Shown here: piece after piece, positions 8,764 to 17,240 of the stretch | Layout: each line of letters starts with the position of its first letter | Position numbering within the stretch: position 1 is the stretch's first letter | From: an uncultured Deinococcales bacterium | GTDB lineage: Bacteria; Deinococcota; Deinococci; Deinococcales; JAAFIG01 | Assembly (NCBI GenBank): GCA_964244895.1 | Contig: CAXTKV010000072.1 | Coordinates: 1-22,193 of the forward strand | Direction: 5' to 3' | Length of the DNA stretch: 22,193 nucleotides | Program-made: the position numbers and the translations under genes | The notes under the pieces: generated by a model | Databases searched by the model: none | Seen by the model: the letters and a program-made list of their open reading frames with translations, nothing else | What the model was told of the DNA's origin: nothing

Positions 8764-9906
8764 ATGATCGGACAGAGCATCCTGAAAGAACTGTCCAGGA
8801 CAGAAAAACTTATGCCTGATGGGGACGCTGTTTTGCTCGGATTGGTGTGTGGTCAGACGATCCTGACGTTTGATGACGAGCTTCGGGTGGTGGCTTCCGT
8901 GAGCAGTCAATCGTTCGTTGCCGGAACCTCGCGCGGAACGATAAACGGGTTGTTGCTCGAGCAATACCTGATCCCGGAGGTTTTCGCGCGGGTCGAATCG
9001 GTTTGTCGCGGTGCGCTCGAAGGGGTCAACGGGGCGTTGGAACTCGAGCTCGATCAGACCGTCTACACCGTTCGCACCGTCCCAATTCCGGCACGAGGGT
9101 CGATGGTGATCGCAGCGTTGTGCTTCGAGGACATCACGGCGTTGCGGCGAACTGAAGCTGAACGCGACGCGTTGCGAGTCCAACTCGAGCGCAGCAACCG
9201 CGAACTCCAGGAATTCATCACCATCGCCGCTCACGACCTGCAAGAACCGCTGCGCAAGGTTCAGGCCTTCGGGGATCGCCTCAAAGCCCACCACTCGCGC
9301 TCGCTCGGATCGGAGGGCAACGACCAACTCAGGCGCTTGAACGGGGCTATCGGGCGAATGCAGATCCTGATTCACGATCTGCTGGCGTATTCCAGGGTCG
9401 CCACGCGCGCCCAACCGTTCGAGCTGATGGATCTCAAAGCCTGCGCCCTCGAAGCCCTCGGTGACTTGCGTCCGGCGCTGGAGCGCTCCGGCGGGCAGAT
9501 TGAAATCGGTGATCTCGGTGCAGTTCAGGCCGACCCGACGCAGATCAGGCAGGTCTTCAAGCAACTGTTCGACAACGCCCTGAAATTCCGGCGCGATGGC
9601 GTACCACCGGTCGTGATGGTGCGCGGTGCCCTCGTCGGAGATGGCTACGAATTCGAGGTCGAGGACAACGGTATCGGTTTCGACGAGAAGCAACTCGAGC
9701 GTATTCTCGCGCCGTTCAAGCGCCTGCACAGCCGCAACACCTTCGAGGGCACCGGCATCGGACTGGCCATCTGTCGCAAAATCATCGAGCGCCACGACGG
9801 TTCGATTGCGGTTCGCAGCGCGCCCGACCAGGGTTCGACCTTCGCGGTTCGGTTGCCTCTGGTGCAATCGGCGGAGCCCATCAACCCCGGTGAGCGCGAT
9901 GGCTGA
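8764..9906 (+). CDS. Soluble histidine kinase (degenerate PAS-like region, HisKA, HATPase)
   Basis: LERSNRELQEFITIAAHDLQEPLRKVQAFGDRLKA, DNALKF, EDNGIGFDEKQLERI, GTGIGLAICRKIIERHDG. The kinase core closely parallels that of 3148-6099. Confidence 0.93.
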   Translation: MIGQSILKELSRTEKLMPDGDAVLLGLVCGQTILTFDDELRVVASVSSQSFVAGTSRGTINGLLLEQYLIPEVFARVESVCRGALEGVNGALELELDQTVYTVRTVPIPARGSMVIAALCFEDITALRRTEAERDALRVQLERSNRELQEFITIAAHDLQEPLRKVQAFGDRLKAHHSRSLGSEGNDQLRRLNGAIGRMQILIHDLLAYSRVATRAQPFELMDLKACALEALGDLRPALERSGGQIEIGDLGAVQADPTQIRQVFKQLFDNALKFRRDGVPPVVMVRGALVGDGYEFEVEDNGIGFDEKQLERILAPFKRLHSRNTFEGTGIGLAICRKIIERHDGSIAVRSAPDQGSTFAVRLPLVQSAEPINPGERDG

Positions 9907-10594
9907 GCCGCACATCCGGGTGTTGTTGGTGGACGATGACGAGGAAGATTTCTTGTTGACCGGGGATCTGTTGCGCGAGGCCGAAACGGCCAGGTTCGAG
10001 CTGGAATGGGTCGAGACCTTCGAGGCCGGACTCGAGGCGTTGAGTTCTGCGAAGCACGACATCCTGTTGGTGGATTACTACCTCGGGGCGCAGGACGGCC
10101 TGGATTTCTTGCGCGACCCCAGACGAGTGGACCATCCGATTCCGGTGATTTTGCTGACCGGGCAGGACAGCCAGGATGTCAACCTGAGCGCGATTCGCGC
10201 CGGGGCTGCCGATTACTTGGTCAAGGGTCAGATTGCGGCTGCCGCGCTGGAACGCGCCATCGTGCACTCCCTGGAACGCGCCCGTGAGCGCGAGGCGGCC
10301 AGGGCGCGCGAGTCTCAGTACCGTGCCGTGTTCGAGTTCATCGAAGAAGCCGTGGTGATTTTCAACGCAGACGGTCGCGCCATCGCCTGCAACCCGCCCG
10401 CCGAACGCGCCCTGGGCGCGACTCCATTGGACGCCGTGCGTCTCGAGACGCAACCCGCTCTGCAGTGGGATGCTCGCGTGACGAACTCTGGGGTTCAGAT
10501 CGCCGCTCGGGTCAACGCCATCGTGCGCGGCACCGATACTTCCCCGCAGGCGTTTGTGGCCGTTTTACAGGGCGCGCTCGATTCGTCGAATTGA
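9899..10594 (+). CDS. Response regulator, REC plus partial/degenerate PAS, no output domain (231 aa)
   Basis: True start is probably ATG 9899 (MAEPHIRVLLVDDDEEDF), overlapping the kinase stop. LLVDYYLG..PVILLTGQ..GAADYLVKGQ, followed by a PAS start (EAVVIFNADGRAIACNPPAER). Confidence 0.88.
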   Translation: MAEPHIRVLLVDDDEEDFLLTGDLLREAETARFELEWVETFEAGLEALSSAKHDILLVDYYLGAQDGLDFLRDPRRVDHPIPVILLTGQDSQDVNLSAIRAGAADYLVKGQIAAAALERAIVHSLERAREREAARARESQYRAVFEFIEEAVVIFNADGRAIACNPPAERALGATPLDAVRLETQPALQWDARVTNSGVQIAARVNAIVRGTDTSPQAFVAVLQGALDSSN

Positions 10595-10613
10595 AAACCG
10601 ATCTCGGGGTGCG

Positions 10614-10671
10614 CGAGTAAACACCGTCCAGCACGCGAATGCTAAAGTGCGTGCTGGACGGTGTTTACTCG
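10614..10671. repeat. Intergenic palindromic repeat copy 2 (long form)
   Basis: Perfect 23-bp arms CGAGTAAACACCGTCCAGCACGC / GCGTGCTGGACGGTGTTTACTCG with a 12-nt spacer, between convergent genes. It overlaps the TAA of the minus-strand ORF. Confidence 0.9.
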
Positions 10672-11009
10672 ATCTCGAAGGCTTGAAAACCGAACTTGTC
10701 CAGCACCGCATCAGCCCGTTCGAGCGCGAACGTGCCCTCGACCTCGCGCTGCACGCGGATCAAAGCCAGCCCGTGCAGGCGCTCGGAAACGGCCCACTCG
10801 AGCGTGTTCGGCGCGAGGTTTTTCGCGGATCGCGAGAGGTACTTGATCGCTTCGAGATCGTCGTTCTTGAAAAGCGCCTCCAGCCCATAAATGCGCTCGC
10901 GCAAGCCGAGCGACAACCCGCGCAGCACGCCATCCGATGGGGTGCTGCCCGCCAGCGTCATCCGTTCGAGATCGGTCAACGGGTGCTGTCTGGGCGCGTC
11001 GTGGCTCAT
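10665..11009 (-). CDS. Hypothetical protein (114 aa, helical)
   Basis: ATG preceded by GAGG; protein-like composition; fills the gap downstream of ptb on the same strand. No family recognised. Confidence 0.7.
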   Translation of the reverse strand: MSHDAPRQHPLTDLERMTLAGSTPSDGVLRGLSLGLRERIYGLEALFKNDDLEAIKYLSRSAKNLAPNTLEWAVSERLHGLALIRVQREVEGTFALERADAVLDKFGFQAFEIE

Positions 11010-11035
11010 GCACCAGCCTCGACGGCCTCGAGAGA

Positions 11036-11090
11036 ACTGGCCCCGAGCCTACACTGGGCTCGCCTACTCTGGGCTCGCGTAAACTGGGCC
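11036..11090. repeat. Imperfect ~15-nt tandem repeat (about 3.5 units)
   Basis: ACTGGCCCCGAGCCTAC / ACTGGGCTCGCCTAC / TCTGGGCTCGCGTAA / ACTGGGCC. Confidence 0.6.
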
Positions 11091-11133
11091 CTGCGGTCTC
11101 GCGTAAGATCCGAAGCTCGAGCGGCGATGCCCC

Positions 11134-12096
11134 TCACTGCTCTCCCCGTTCCGCGATGATGCACGACAGCGCCAAGCTGTTGAATTTCGCCTCGGCGGAA
11201 TCGGCCCGAGAGGTCAGGACGATCGGTGCGCTCGCGCCCATGATCACGCCCGCCACCGAAGAACCCGCGAAGTACACCAGCGTCTTGTAGAACACGTTGC
11301 CCACGTCGATGTTGTCCACGATCATCACGTCCGCGTGTCCGGCCACGGGGCTGTTGATGCCCTTGAGCTGCGCGGATGCCAGGCTGACCGCGTTGTCGAG
11401 CGCTAACGGCCCGTCGATCACGGCTCCTTTGATCTGGCCTCGGTCGCCCATCTTGGAGATGATCGCATCGTCGACGGCGGTGCTCATGTCGGGATTCACC
11501 ACCTCGATGGCGGCCAGCATCGCGACGTTGGGTTTCTCGAGCCCGATCGCGTGCGCCACGCTGACGGCGTTCTGGACGATCTCGATTTTGGCTTTCAGGT
11601 CGGGTTCGATGTTCATCGCGCCGTCCGACATCAAGAACAGTTTCTCGAACTTGCCGGGCGCGTCGAAAACCAGCACGTGAGACAGAAGCTTCCCCGTCCG
11701 AAGGCCAAATTCCTTGTTTAGCACGGCCCGAAGAACGGTCGCGGTGTCCGCGATGCCTTTCATCAGGATTTCCGCGCGTTTTTCAGAGACGGCCTTGACG
11801 GCTCGCTCTGCGGATTCCGCGTGACTTTGCGTGCCGTGAATCTCGAGCTTGCTGGCGTCGATGCCCAATTCTTGCGCGACCGCGCGAATTTTGTCCTCGT
11901 CGCCGAAGAGGATCGGCTGGATCATGCCCTCGAGCCGAGCGTTGTGGACGGCTTCCATGACGTGATCGTCCTCTGCGGCGGCGACCGCCACGCGCTTTGG
12001 GCCGCGCACTTGGCCGATCAATCTCGCCAGACCGACCAGGGAGCGCATGTCGCGCAGGGGTTCGATGCGTGTGAAGTCGAGCTTTTCCGTGGTCAT
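11134..12096 (-). CDS. ptb: Phosphate butyryltransferase (PTA/PTB family)
   Basis: VAVAAAED, ILMKG, GLRTGKLLSHV, DGPLALDNAVS, GNVFYKTL, APIVLTSRADS; adjacent to buk. Confidence 0.9.
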   Translation of the reverse strand: MTTEKLDFTRIEPLRDMRSLVGLARLIGQVRGPKRVAVAAAEDDHVMEAVHNARLEGMIQPILFGDEDKIRAVAQELGIDASKLEIHGTQSHAESAERAVKAVSEKRAEILMKGIADTATVLRAVLNKEFGLRTGKLLSHVLVFDAPGKFEKLFLMSDGAMNIEPDLKAKIEIVQNAVSVAHAIGLEKPNVAMLAAIEVVNPDMSTAVDDAIISKMGDRGQIKGAVIDGPLALDNAVSLASAQLKGINSPVAGHADVMIVDNIDVGNVFYKTLVYFAGSSVAGVIMGASAPIVLTSRADSAEAKFNSLALSCIIAERGEQ

Positions 12097-12200
12097 GCGG
12101 GCTCCAGAGGGGTCGCGGGCGAGGGCAAGGGTTGCGCGCTGTCAGCGTATTTTGGCATTTTGATCGCGTGCCGCGACCAATAGAACGGTTCTTGAGATGC

Positions 12201-12254
12201 GAACACCGTTCAGCACGCGTTCCTCGAGACGCGGACGAGTGCGTGCTGGACGGT
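12201..12254. repeat. Intergenic palindromic repeat copy 3 (degenerate long form)
   Basis: GAACACCGTTCAGCACGC, 22-nt spacer, GCGTGCTGGACGGT. The 14-bp stem has one G-U pair, and the outer end of the right arm is eroded. Confidence 0.8.
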
Positions 12255-12298
12255 CTAATCCGCGTTTCCAACGGCGAGCCACCCGGTTTTGCTCCCGA

Positions 12299-13393
12299 CT
12301 ACTTCACCCATTCTTTCGGCTGCTCGAGCCCGAACAGCACGCGCCCCGCGCCTTCGGCCAGCGCCTCGAGCTCGAGTTCGCCGGGAATCGTGATCACAGG
12401 CGCGATCCAACCCAGGCGGTTCGAGAGGCGTTCGACCAGCCCTTCCCAGCGCGCCGCGCCGCCCGTCAGGGCGATGGCGTCGGGTCGGTCGGCGGCGGCG
12501 GCGTACGCGCCGATGTTCTTGGCGACCTGGTGAATAAACGCGGCGACCGCGAGCTGCACGCCCGCATCCTCGGCCTCTCGGCGCTCAATTTCGCGCAAGT
12601 CGGCGGTTCCGGTCAGGCCCAGAAAGCCCGATTCCTGCATCAGCGCGGTTTCCAGGATGTTGCGCGGCGTGTGGTAGGCCAACTCGAGCAGACCTTCCAA
12701 CGGCAAGCTGCCCGCGCGCTGCGGCGTGAACGGCCCCTCGTCCAGCAGCGACCCGGTCGTGTCCACCGCGCGCCCGTGAAAAAAGGTCGTGATGCTCGAG
12801 CCGCCGCCGAGGTGCGCCACGACCACGCACGCTTCCTCGAAGCGCTTGCCGACCTCGCGCGCGGCCCGACGGGCGACCGCGCGGGCGTTCAGAGCGTGGA
12901 ACCTGGATCGGCGTTCGATGCCGCGCACGCCGGTCACGCGGGCTTCGGGCAGCAGTTCATCGACCGTCGGCGGATCGACGATGAAGGCGGGCACGCCGTG
13001 AATCGCCGCCCACTCGAGCGCCAGGGTCGCGCCGAGGTTCGAGGCGTGCGCGCCGTAAGAACTCTCCAGGCTGTGGCGGGCGAGTTCCGGCGTGATCCTG
13101 TAGGTTCCGGCGTCCACCGGATCGATCAACCCGCCCCGGCTGGCGATCGCGTCGGGCCTGGGCCAGTCGCGGCTGGCATCGAATACCAGTTTGCGCAGGC
13201 GCTCGAGCGCACTGGGGTCGAAACTGCCGTCGCCCGTCAGGCTCATTTCGGGCTGCCGACCGGTGCGGAGGTTGGCGTGTTGCACTTCGGTTTTCTGGAC
13301 GCTGGCCGCGATGGAGCCCTGTTTGGTCTCGGTGACCTCGCTCAGACCGAGTTTGGTCGAGGTCGAACCGGGGTTGAGCACGTAGACGATCAC
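12299..13393 (-). CDS. buk: Butyrate / branched-chain carboxylate kinase
   Basis: LNPGSTSTK, SRGG, GTYRI, HASNLGA, AFIVDPPTVDE, FHALN, VAHLGGG, EGPFTPQRAG, LTGG, PGELELEALAEGA. Confidence 0.9.
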   Translation of the reverse strand: MIVYVLNPGSTSTKLGLSEVTETKQGSIAASVQKTEVQHANLRTGRQPEMSLTGDGSFDPSALERLRKLVFDASRDWPRPDAIASRGGLIDPVDAGTYRITPELARHSLESSYGAHASNLGATLALEWAAIHGVPAFIVDPPTVDELLPEARVTGVRGIERRSRFHALNARAVARRAAREVGKRFEEACVVVAHLGGGSSITTFFHGRAVDTTGSLLDEGPFTPQRAGSLPLEGLLELAYHTPRNILETALMQESGFLGLTGTADLREIERREAEDAGVQLAVAAFIHQVAKNIGAYAAAADRPDAIALTGGAARWEGLVERLSNRLGWIAPVITIPGELELEALAEGAGRVLFGLEQPKEWVK

Positions 13394-13399
13394 GGACAG

Positions 13400-13408
13400 A
13401 GGATATCA
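13400..13408 (-). promoter_or_regulatory. Putative leaderless extended -10 for buk
   Basis: Minus strand reads TGA-TATCCT-CTGTCC-GTG, i.e. TATCCT exactly 6 nt before the GTG start; no SD. Confidence 0.6.
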
Positions 13409-13437
13409 GGGCGCGTGCCGAGGCGCTTGGTGGTCAT

Positions 13438-13485
13438 GAACACCGTCCAGGACGCATCCAGAAAATCGCGTCCTGGACGGTGTTC
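13438..13485. repeat. Intergenic palindromic repeat copy 4 (long form)
   Basis: Perfect 18-bp arms GAACACCGTCCAGGACGC / GCGTCCTGGACGGTGTTC with a 12-nt spacer, 17 nt past the mannosidase stop. Confidence 0.9.
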
Positions 13486-13502
13486 CTTGCGTATTTCGGG
13501 CT

Positions 13503-15971
13503 TTAGGTCGTGTGCTCGGACGTGCCCTCGGCGCCGAGCCAACGCACCAGAATCCGGCGACCAGAGCCCTCGAAACGCACGATTCGGTCATCGCCGGGCA
13601 TCAGATCGAGAAAATTATCCTTCCAGATCGCGCCCGCCGCCTCGAGCCAGACGCCCTTGGCGGGTTTCGAGACGCGCAAGCGCAACCCTTCGGGTTCTCG
13701 GATGACCCGAAGTTCAGGATCGAAAAAGTGCTGGTGCTTGAACGGTTCCGGCCAACTCGCGGTTCGCGCCAGCGGGGTCTGCCCATCGAGCAACCGGGCG
13801 GCAATCACGACCGGTTCGGGTGCGTCGGGAAGCGTCCACTCGCCCAGTTCCGTCGCACGGTTCGGTTCCAGTTCCACTGCGCGGTGCAGGGCACCGATTT
13901 CTCGACCGCTCAGGGTCAGCGCCCGAAGCTCGAGCCGCAAAGAATGGGGTCTTAACGTCCCGTTGACCGCCCAGATCCGGAGGCGCTGCCCCGTCCGCTC
14001 GAGACCCAGTGCTAGGGGGGCAAGTTGCGTTTGAATCGCGTAGTACGCCGGTTTCGGCAGGCCGCGGCTGTCGATCACCGCCCAACTCGTGACCGGCCAG
14101 CAGTCGTTGAGCTGCCAGACCAGCGCGCCGCCGACCGCGTAGCGTCCGGGGCCGCGCCAGCGCCGCCGCCAGCCGCCGTAAGCGTGTTTCATCGCTTCGG
14201 CCTGCACGAACTGCGTGGCGTAGACCCAGTCCTCTAAATTGGACGGCAGCGGCAAACTGTCCGAGATGTAGGCCGCCAGCCGCCTGTGGCCATCCGGAGC
14301 CTTGTTGTGGTGCTCCATCACGACTGAATGCGCTGCCCGGTCTTCAGGCGCGGTGAAAGCGGCGATGGTCTCGAGGGCGGGCGCAGATTGCATCCCGAAC
14401 TCGCTGACGAAGCGGCCCGCCAGGGCTGGGTAGTGCTGGATCGGGTGCATTTCCCTGTGCCAGACGCTCCAGACGTGCTTGTCACCGACGAATGAATCGT
14501 CTGGATCGAGGCCACCGAACGGGCTTCCGGGCGTGTAGGGTCTGCTCGGATCGAGTTCCGCCAGGACTTCGGGCAGCAGGCGCTCGTAGATCAGCCGCGC
14601 CGGGAAGGCCGAATCCCGCTCCGGCGGGACGCCTGGATCGTAGAGACCTTGGCTGTGTGCGATCTGGTAATCCTCGTTGTTGCCGCACCAGATGGCCAGA
14701 CTCGGGTGGTGTCGCAAGCGCCGGACATTGGCGCTCGCCTCCGTTCTGACGGAATCCAGGAACGCGCCGTGGGCGGGGTAGATGCCGCAGGCGAACATGA
14801 AATCCTGCCAGACCAACACGCCCAGCTCGTCGCAGGCATCGTAGAAGGCGTCCTGCTCGTAGATTCCGCCGCCCCAGACGCGCAGCATCAGCATGTTCGC
14901 ATCGCGCGCCTGCGCGACCCGATGCCGATAGCGTTCCGGCGCGATGCGCGGCAGGAAGGAATCGTCTGGAATCCAGTTCGCGCCGCCCGCGAAGATCGGC
15001 AGGTTGTTGATCTCGACATAGAAGCTCGAGCCGGATTCGTCCTGCACGGGCTCCTGAACCAGCCGCAGGCGCCGTGCGCCCAGTTTGAGCGTCTTCGTCT
15101 CGAGCACGGTTCCATCGCGCGTCAGCCTCGCGTTCAGGCTGTAGAGCGCCTGCTGGCCGTACCCGTGCGGCCACCACAGGCGCGGATGGTGAACCCTCAG
15201 GGTGCAGTTAACCGTCTCGGAGCAGGGCAGCACGGCAGCCTCGAGCATCATCCCGTCTGGATCGCGCAACTCGAGCGCGACTCGATCTCGCTCGGTCGCC
15301 CCATCGAGTTCCACGCGCACGCGGAAAATGGCTTCCCCGAGGTCCGGGCTGACCTCGATCGGTGCATCCAGATTGACGATTCGCGCCTCGAAGAATTCCA
15401 GCCTGACACCCCGCCAGAGTCCCGCCGTGATCAGCCTCGGCCCCCAATCCCAGCCGTAGTGGTACTGCGCCTTACGCACCTGCAATCGGCTGGAATCGCC
15501 GTTCCAGAGCGGTCTGGGGCCACCGTTTTGCAGTTCCAACTCGCGACCGCGCCGCAGCGCGCTCTGAAACTCGATCCGCAATTCGTTGCGCCCCAAACGC
15601 AATTGATCGCGCACGGCGACATCGTGCAGGACGAACATGTTGGTGCTTTCCAGGATCAGGCTGCCGTTTAGCCAGACCCGTGCGAACGTGTCCAGGCCGT
15701 CAAAATGCAGCCTCGCGTTGCTGCCAGTCGCGTCGGGGAGATCGAATTCGAGTTTGTACAACCAGTCGGTTTCACCGACCCACTGCACGGCGTTTTCGTT
15801 GAGTGCTCGAAACGGATCGGGAATCAGACCGTGCGCCAGCAGATCCTGGTGAACCGTTCCCGGCACGCTCGCCGAGCGCCAGCCCGGAGCTTCAAAGTCG
15901 TTCTCGAGCGGCAGTTCCGGGTTGCGGCTTTTGAACACCCAGTCGGTACTGAGGGGCAGTATTCGCGTCAT
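13503..15971 (-). CDS. GH2 beta-mannosidase, cytoplasmic
   Basis: VPGTVHQDL, FDGLDTFA, RKAQYHYGWDWGP, GANWIP, RVWGGGIYE, WQDFMFAC, WCGNNE (acid/base), RFVSEFG (nucleophile), WQLNDCWP. No signal peptide; GAGG SD. Confidence 0.93.
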   Translation of the reverse strand: MTRILPLSTDWVFKSRNPELPLENDFEAPGWRSASVPGTVHQDLLAHGLIPDPFRALNENAVQWVGETDWLYKLEFDLPDATGSNARLHFDGLDTFARVWLNGSLILESTNMFVLHDVAVRDQLRLGRNELRIEFQSALRRGRELELQNGGPRPLWNGDSSRLQVRKAQYHYGWDWGPRLITAGLWRGVRLEFFEARIVNLDAPIEVSPDLGEAIFRVRVELDGATERDRVALELRDPDGMMLEAAVLPCSETVNCTLRVHHPRLWWPHGYGQQALYSLNARLTRDGTVLETKTLKLGARRLRLVQEPVQDESGSSFYVEINNLPIFAGGANWIPDDSFLPRIAPERYRHRVAQARDANMLMLRVWGGGIYEQDAFYDACDELGVLVWQDFMFACGIYPAHGAFLDSVRTEASANVRRLRHHPSLAIWCGNNEDYQIAHSQGLYDPGVPPERDSAFPARLIYERLLPEVLAELDPSRPYTPGSPFGGLDPDDSFVGDKHVWSVWHREMHPIQHYPALAGRFVSEFGMQSAPALETIAAFTAPEDRAAHSVVMEHHNKAPDGHRRLAAYISDSLPLPSNLEDWVYATQFVQAEAMKHAYGGWRRRWRGPGRYAVGGALVWQLNDCWPVTSWAVIDSRGLPKPAYYAIQTQLAPLALGLERTGQRLRIWAVNGTLRPHSLRLELRALTLSGREIGALHRAVELEPNRATELGEWTLPDAPEPVVIAARLLDGQTPLARTASWPEPFKHQHFFDPELRVIREPEGLRLRVSKPAKGVWLEAAGAIWKDNFLDLMPGDDRIVRFEGSGRRILVRWLGAEGTSEHTT

Positions 15972-15992
15972 CGATCGCCTCGGGGAGCCAGT

Positions 15993-16005
15993 TTGTTTAG
16001 TAAAA
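15993..16005 (-). promoter_or_regulatory. Putative LacI operator copy 1 (TTTTACTAAACAA on minus strand)
   Basis: Matches 17457-17469 at 12/13 positions; lies just downstream of the mannosidase -10 box. Confidence 0.7.
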
Positions 16006-16013
16006 TCTTGCGG

Positions 16014-16043
16014 AGGTTAGCACCGCAAAGATCCAGAAGTCAA
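16014..16043 (-). promoter_or_regulatory. Putative promoter of the mannosidase gene
   Basis: Minus strand TTGACT (16043-16038), 18 nt, TAACCT (16019-16014), with TGn extension. Confidence 0.65.
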
Positions 16044-16129
16044 ACGAACATCCCAAATAACCCTTGTCTATCGGATTCTAACGCAAAGCCGACCTGTTTT
16101 ATGAACGATCGACCATCCGTTGCAGACTG

Positions 16130-16156
16130 GTTTACGAAACAAATCCCTGATACCAT
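16130..16156 (+). promoter_or_regulatory. Putative LacI operator copy 2 (GTTTACGAAACAA, 16130-16142) overlapping the lacI promoter (TGA-TACCAT, 16148-16156)
   Basis: 12/13 match to copy 3; sits over the -35/spacer region of an extended -10, consistent with autorepression. Confidence 0.6.
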
Positions 16157-16174
16157 CCGGGCAGGAGACCCGCC

Positions 16175-17218
16175 ATGCCAAGAGTCCTCGCGCCTCATCC
16201 GCGTCCGAGCGTCACCGTCAGAGACGTGGCGAACCGCTCCGGCGTGTCGATTGGAACGGTCTCGAGGGCGCTCAAAAACCAGCCGGGTCTGACCGAAGAA
16301 ACCCGCAAACTCGTGCTGCGGGCCGCGCTCGAACTCGGTTACGACACCACCAATTTGCGCCCCTCGAAACTCAGGCGGGTCAGCTTTCTGACCTCCAGAC
16401 TGGCGGATTTGCCCGTCAACCCTTTCTATTCGCCCGTCCTACACGGTGTCGAAAGCGCCTGTCGGGACGAAGAAATCGTGCTTTCCTACACGTCTTTGCG
16501 CCCCGGCGACCGCGCAGCCGACGTGGTCAGGCGTCACGAGGCGGACGGCCTGATCTGCACCGGTTATTTCGAGCCGCGATTGCTCGAGCGCATCGCCGGT
16601 ATCGGTCTACCGATCGTGCTGATCGATCACTTCGCCAAAGGCTTCGCCGCCGTCAACATGGACAATATTGTTGGCGCACGCGATGCGACCCAGCACCTGT
16701 TGAGCATCGGTCGAAGGCGCATCGCCTTCATCGGCGGCCCGGCCCACCATTCGATCCTTCAGCGACAGCGCGGCTTCAGGCAGGCGCTGTTCGACGCGGG
16801 CATCCCGGCTGACCCGGAGCTCGAGGTCAACTGCGAATTTCTTCCGGGGAGCGCTTATCAGACCATGAAGCGCTTGCTTGCGCTGAAGAACCCACCGACG
16901 GGCGTGTTCACCTTCAACGATCTGACCGCTCTGGAAGCCATGCGAGCCTGCCAGGAAGCTGGCTTACGCATCCCGGATGACATCTCGTTCGTCGGATTCG
17001 ACGACATCGATACCGCATCGCACAGCAACCCGCCGCTTTCGACCATCCGGGTGGACAAGGAACTGCTCGGCAGGCGTGGTCTCGACCTGCTGCTCGATCG
17101 AGAGCGCTCCGCCGATGCTGAATGGATCGTGCCGGTCGACCTGATGATCCGTCAGAGTTCGCGCCCACCGGTTCGGCCCATTCCCGCGCGCCAGCAATCC
17201 AAAGCGCCATCCAGGTAA
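16175..17218 (+). CDS. LacI-family transcriptional regulator
   Basis: HTH VTVRDVANRSGVSIGTVSRAL; sugar-binding domain with DN..GA..AT.HL, RIAFIGG, FNDLTA, IPDDISFVGFDD, PPLSTI. AGGAGA SD. Confidence 0.97.
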   Translation: MPRVLAPHPRPSVTVRDVANRSGVSIGTVSRALKNQPGLTEETRKLVLRAALELGYDTTNLRPSKLRRVSFLTSRLADLPVNPFYSPVLHGVESACRDEEIVLSYTSLRPGDRAADVVRRHEADGLICTGYFEPRLLERIAGIGLPIVLIDHFAKGFAAVNMDNIVGARDATQHLLSIGRRRIAFIGGPAHHSILQRQRGFRQALFDAGIPADPELEVNCEFLPGSAYQTMKRLLALKNPPTGVFTFNDLTALEAMRACQEAGLRIPDDISFVGFDDIDTASHSNPPLSTIRVDKELLGRRGLDLLLDRERSADAEWIVPVDLMIRQSSRPPVRPIPARQQSKAPSR

Positions 17219-17240
17219 ATTCCTGAACCCGGACTCGAGC

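Noticed and set aside
9626..9898. N-terminal extension of the 322-aa ORF
   Set aside because: It overlaps the kinase HATPase domain in another frame and is low-complexity S/R/P. The REC domain starts at ATG 9899.
8572..10062. 496-aa minus-strand ORF; similarly 12197-13705 (+), 14649-15671 (+), 17328-18818 (-), 20079-21029 (-) and 21274-22134 (-)
   Set aside because: All are antisense to well-supported genes, with no recognisable motifs.
11134..15971. Mannosidase-buk-ptb as one operon linking mannan breakdown to butyrate
   Set aside because: Same strand, but a palindromic repeat and a separate leaderless promoter lie before buk, and there is no LacI operator there. The adjacency is probably incidental.
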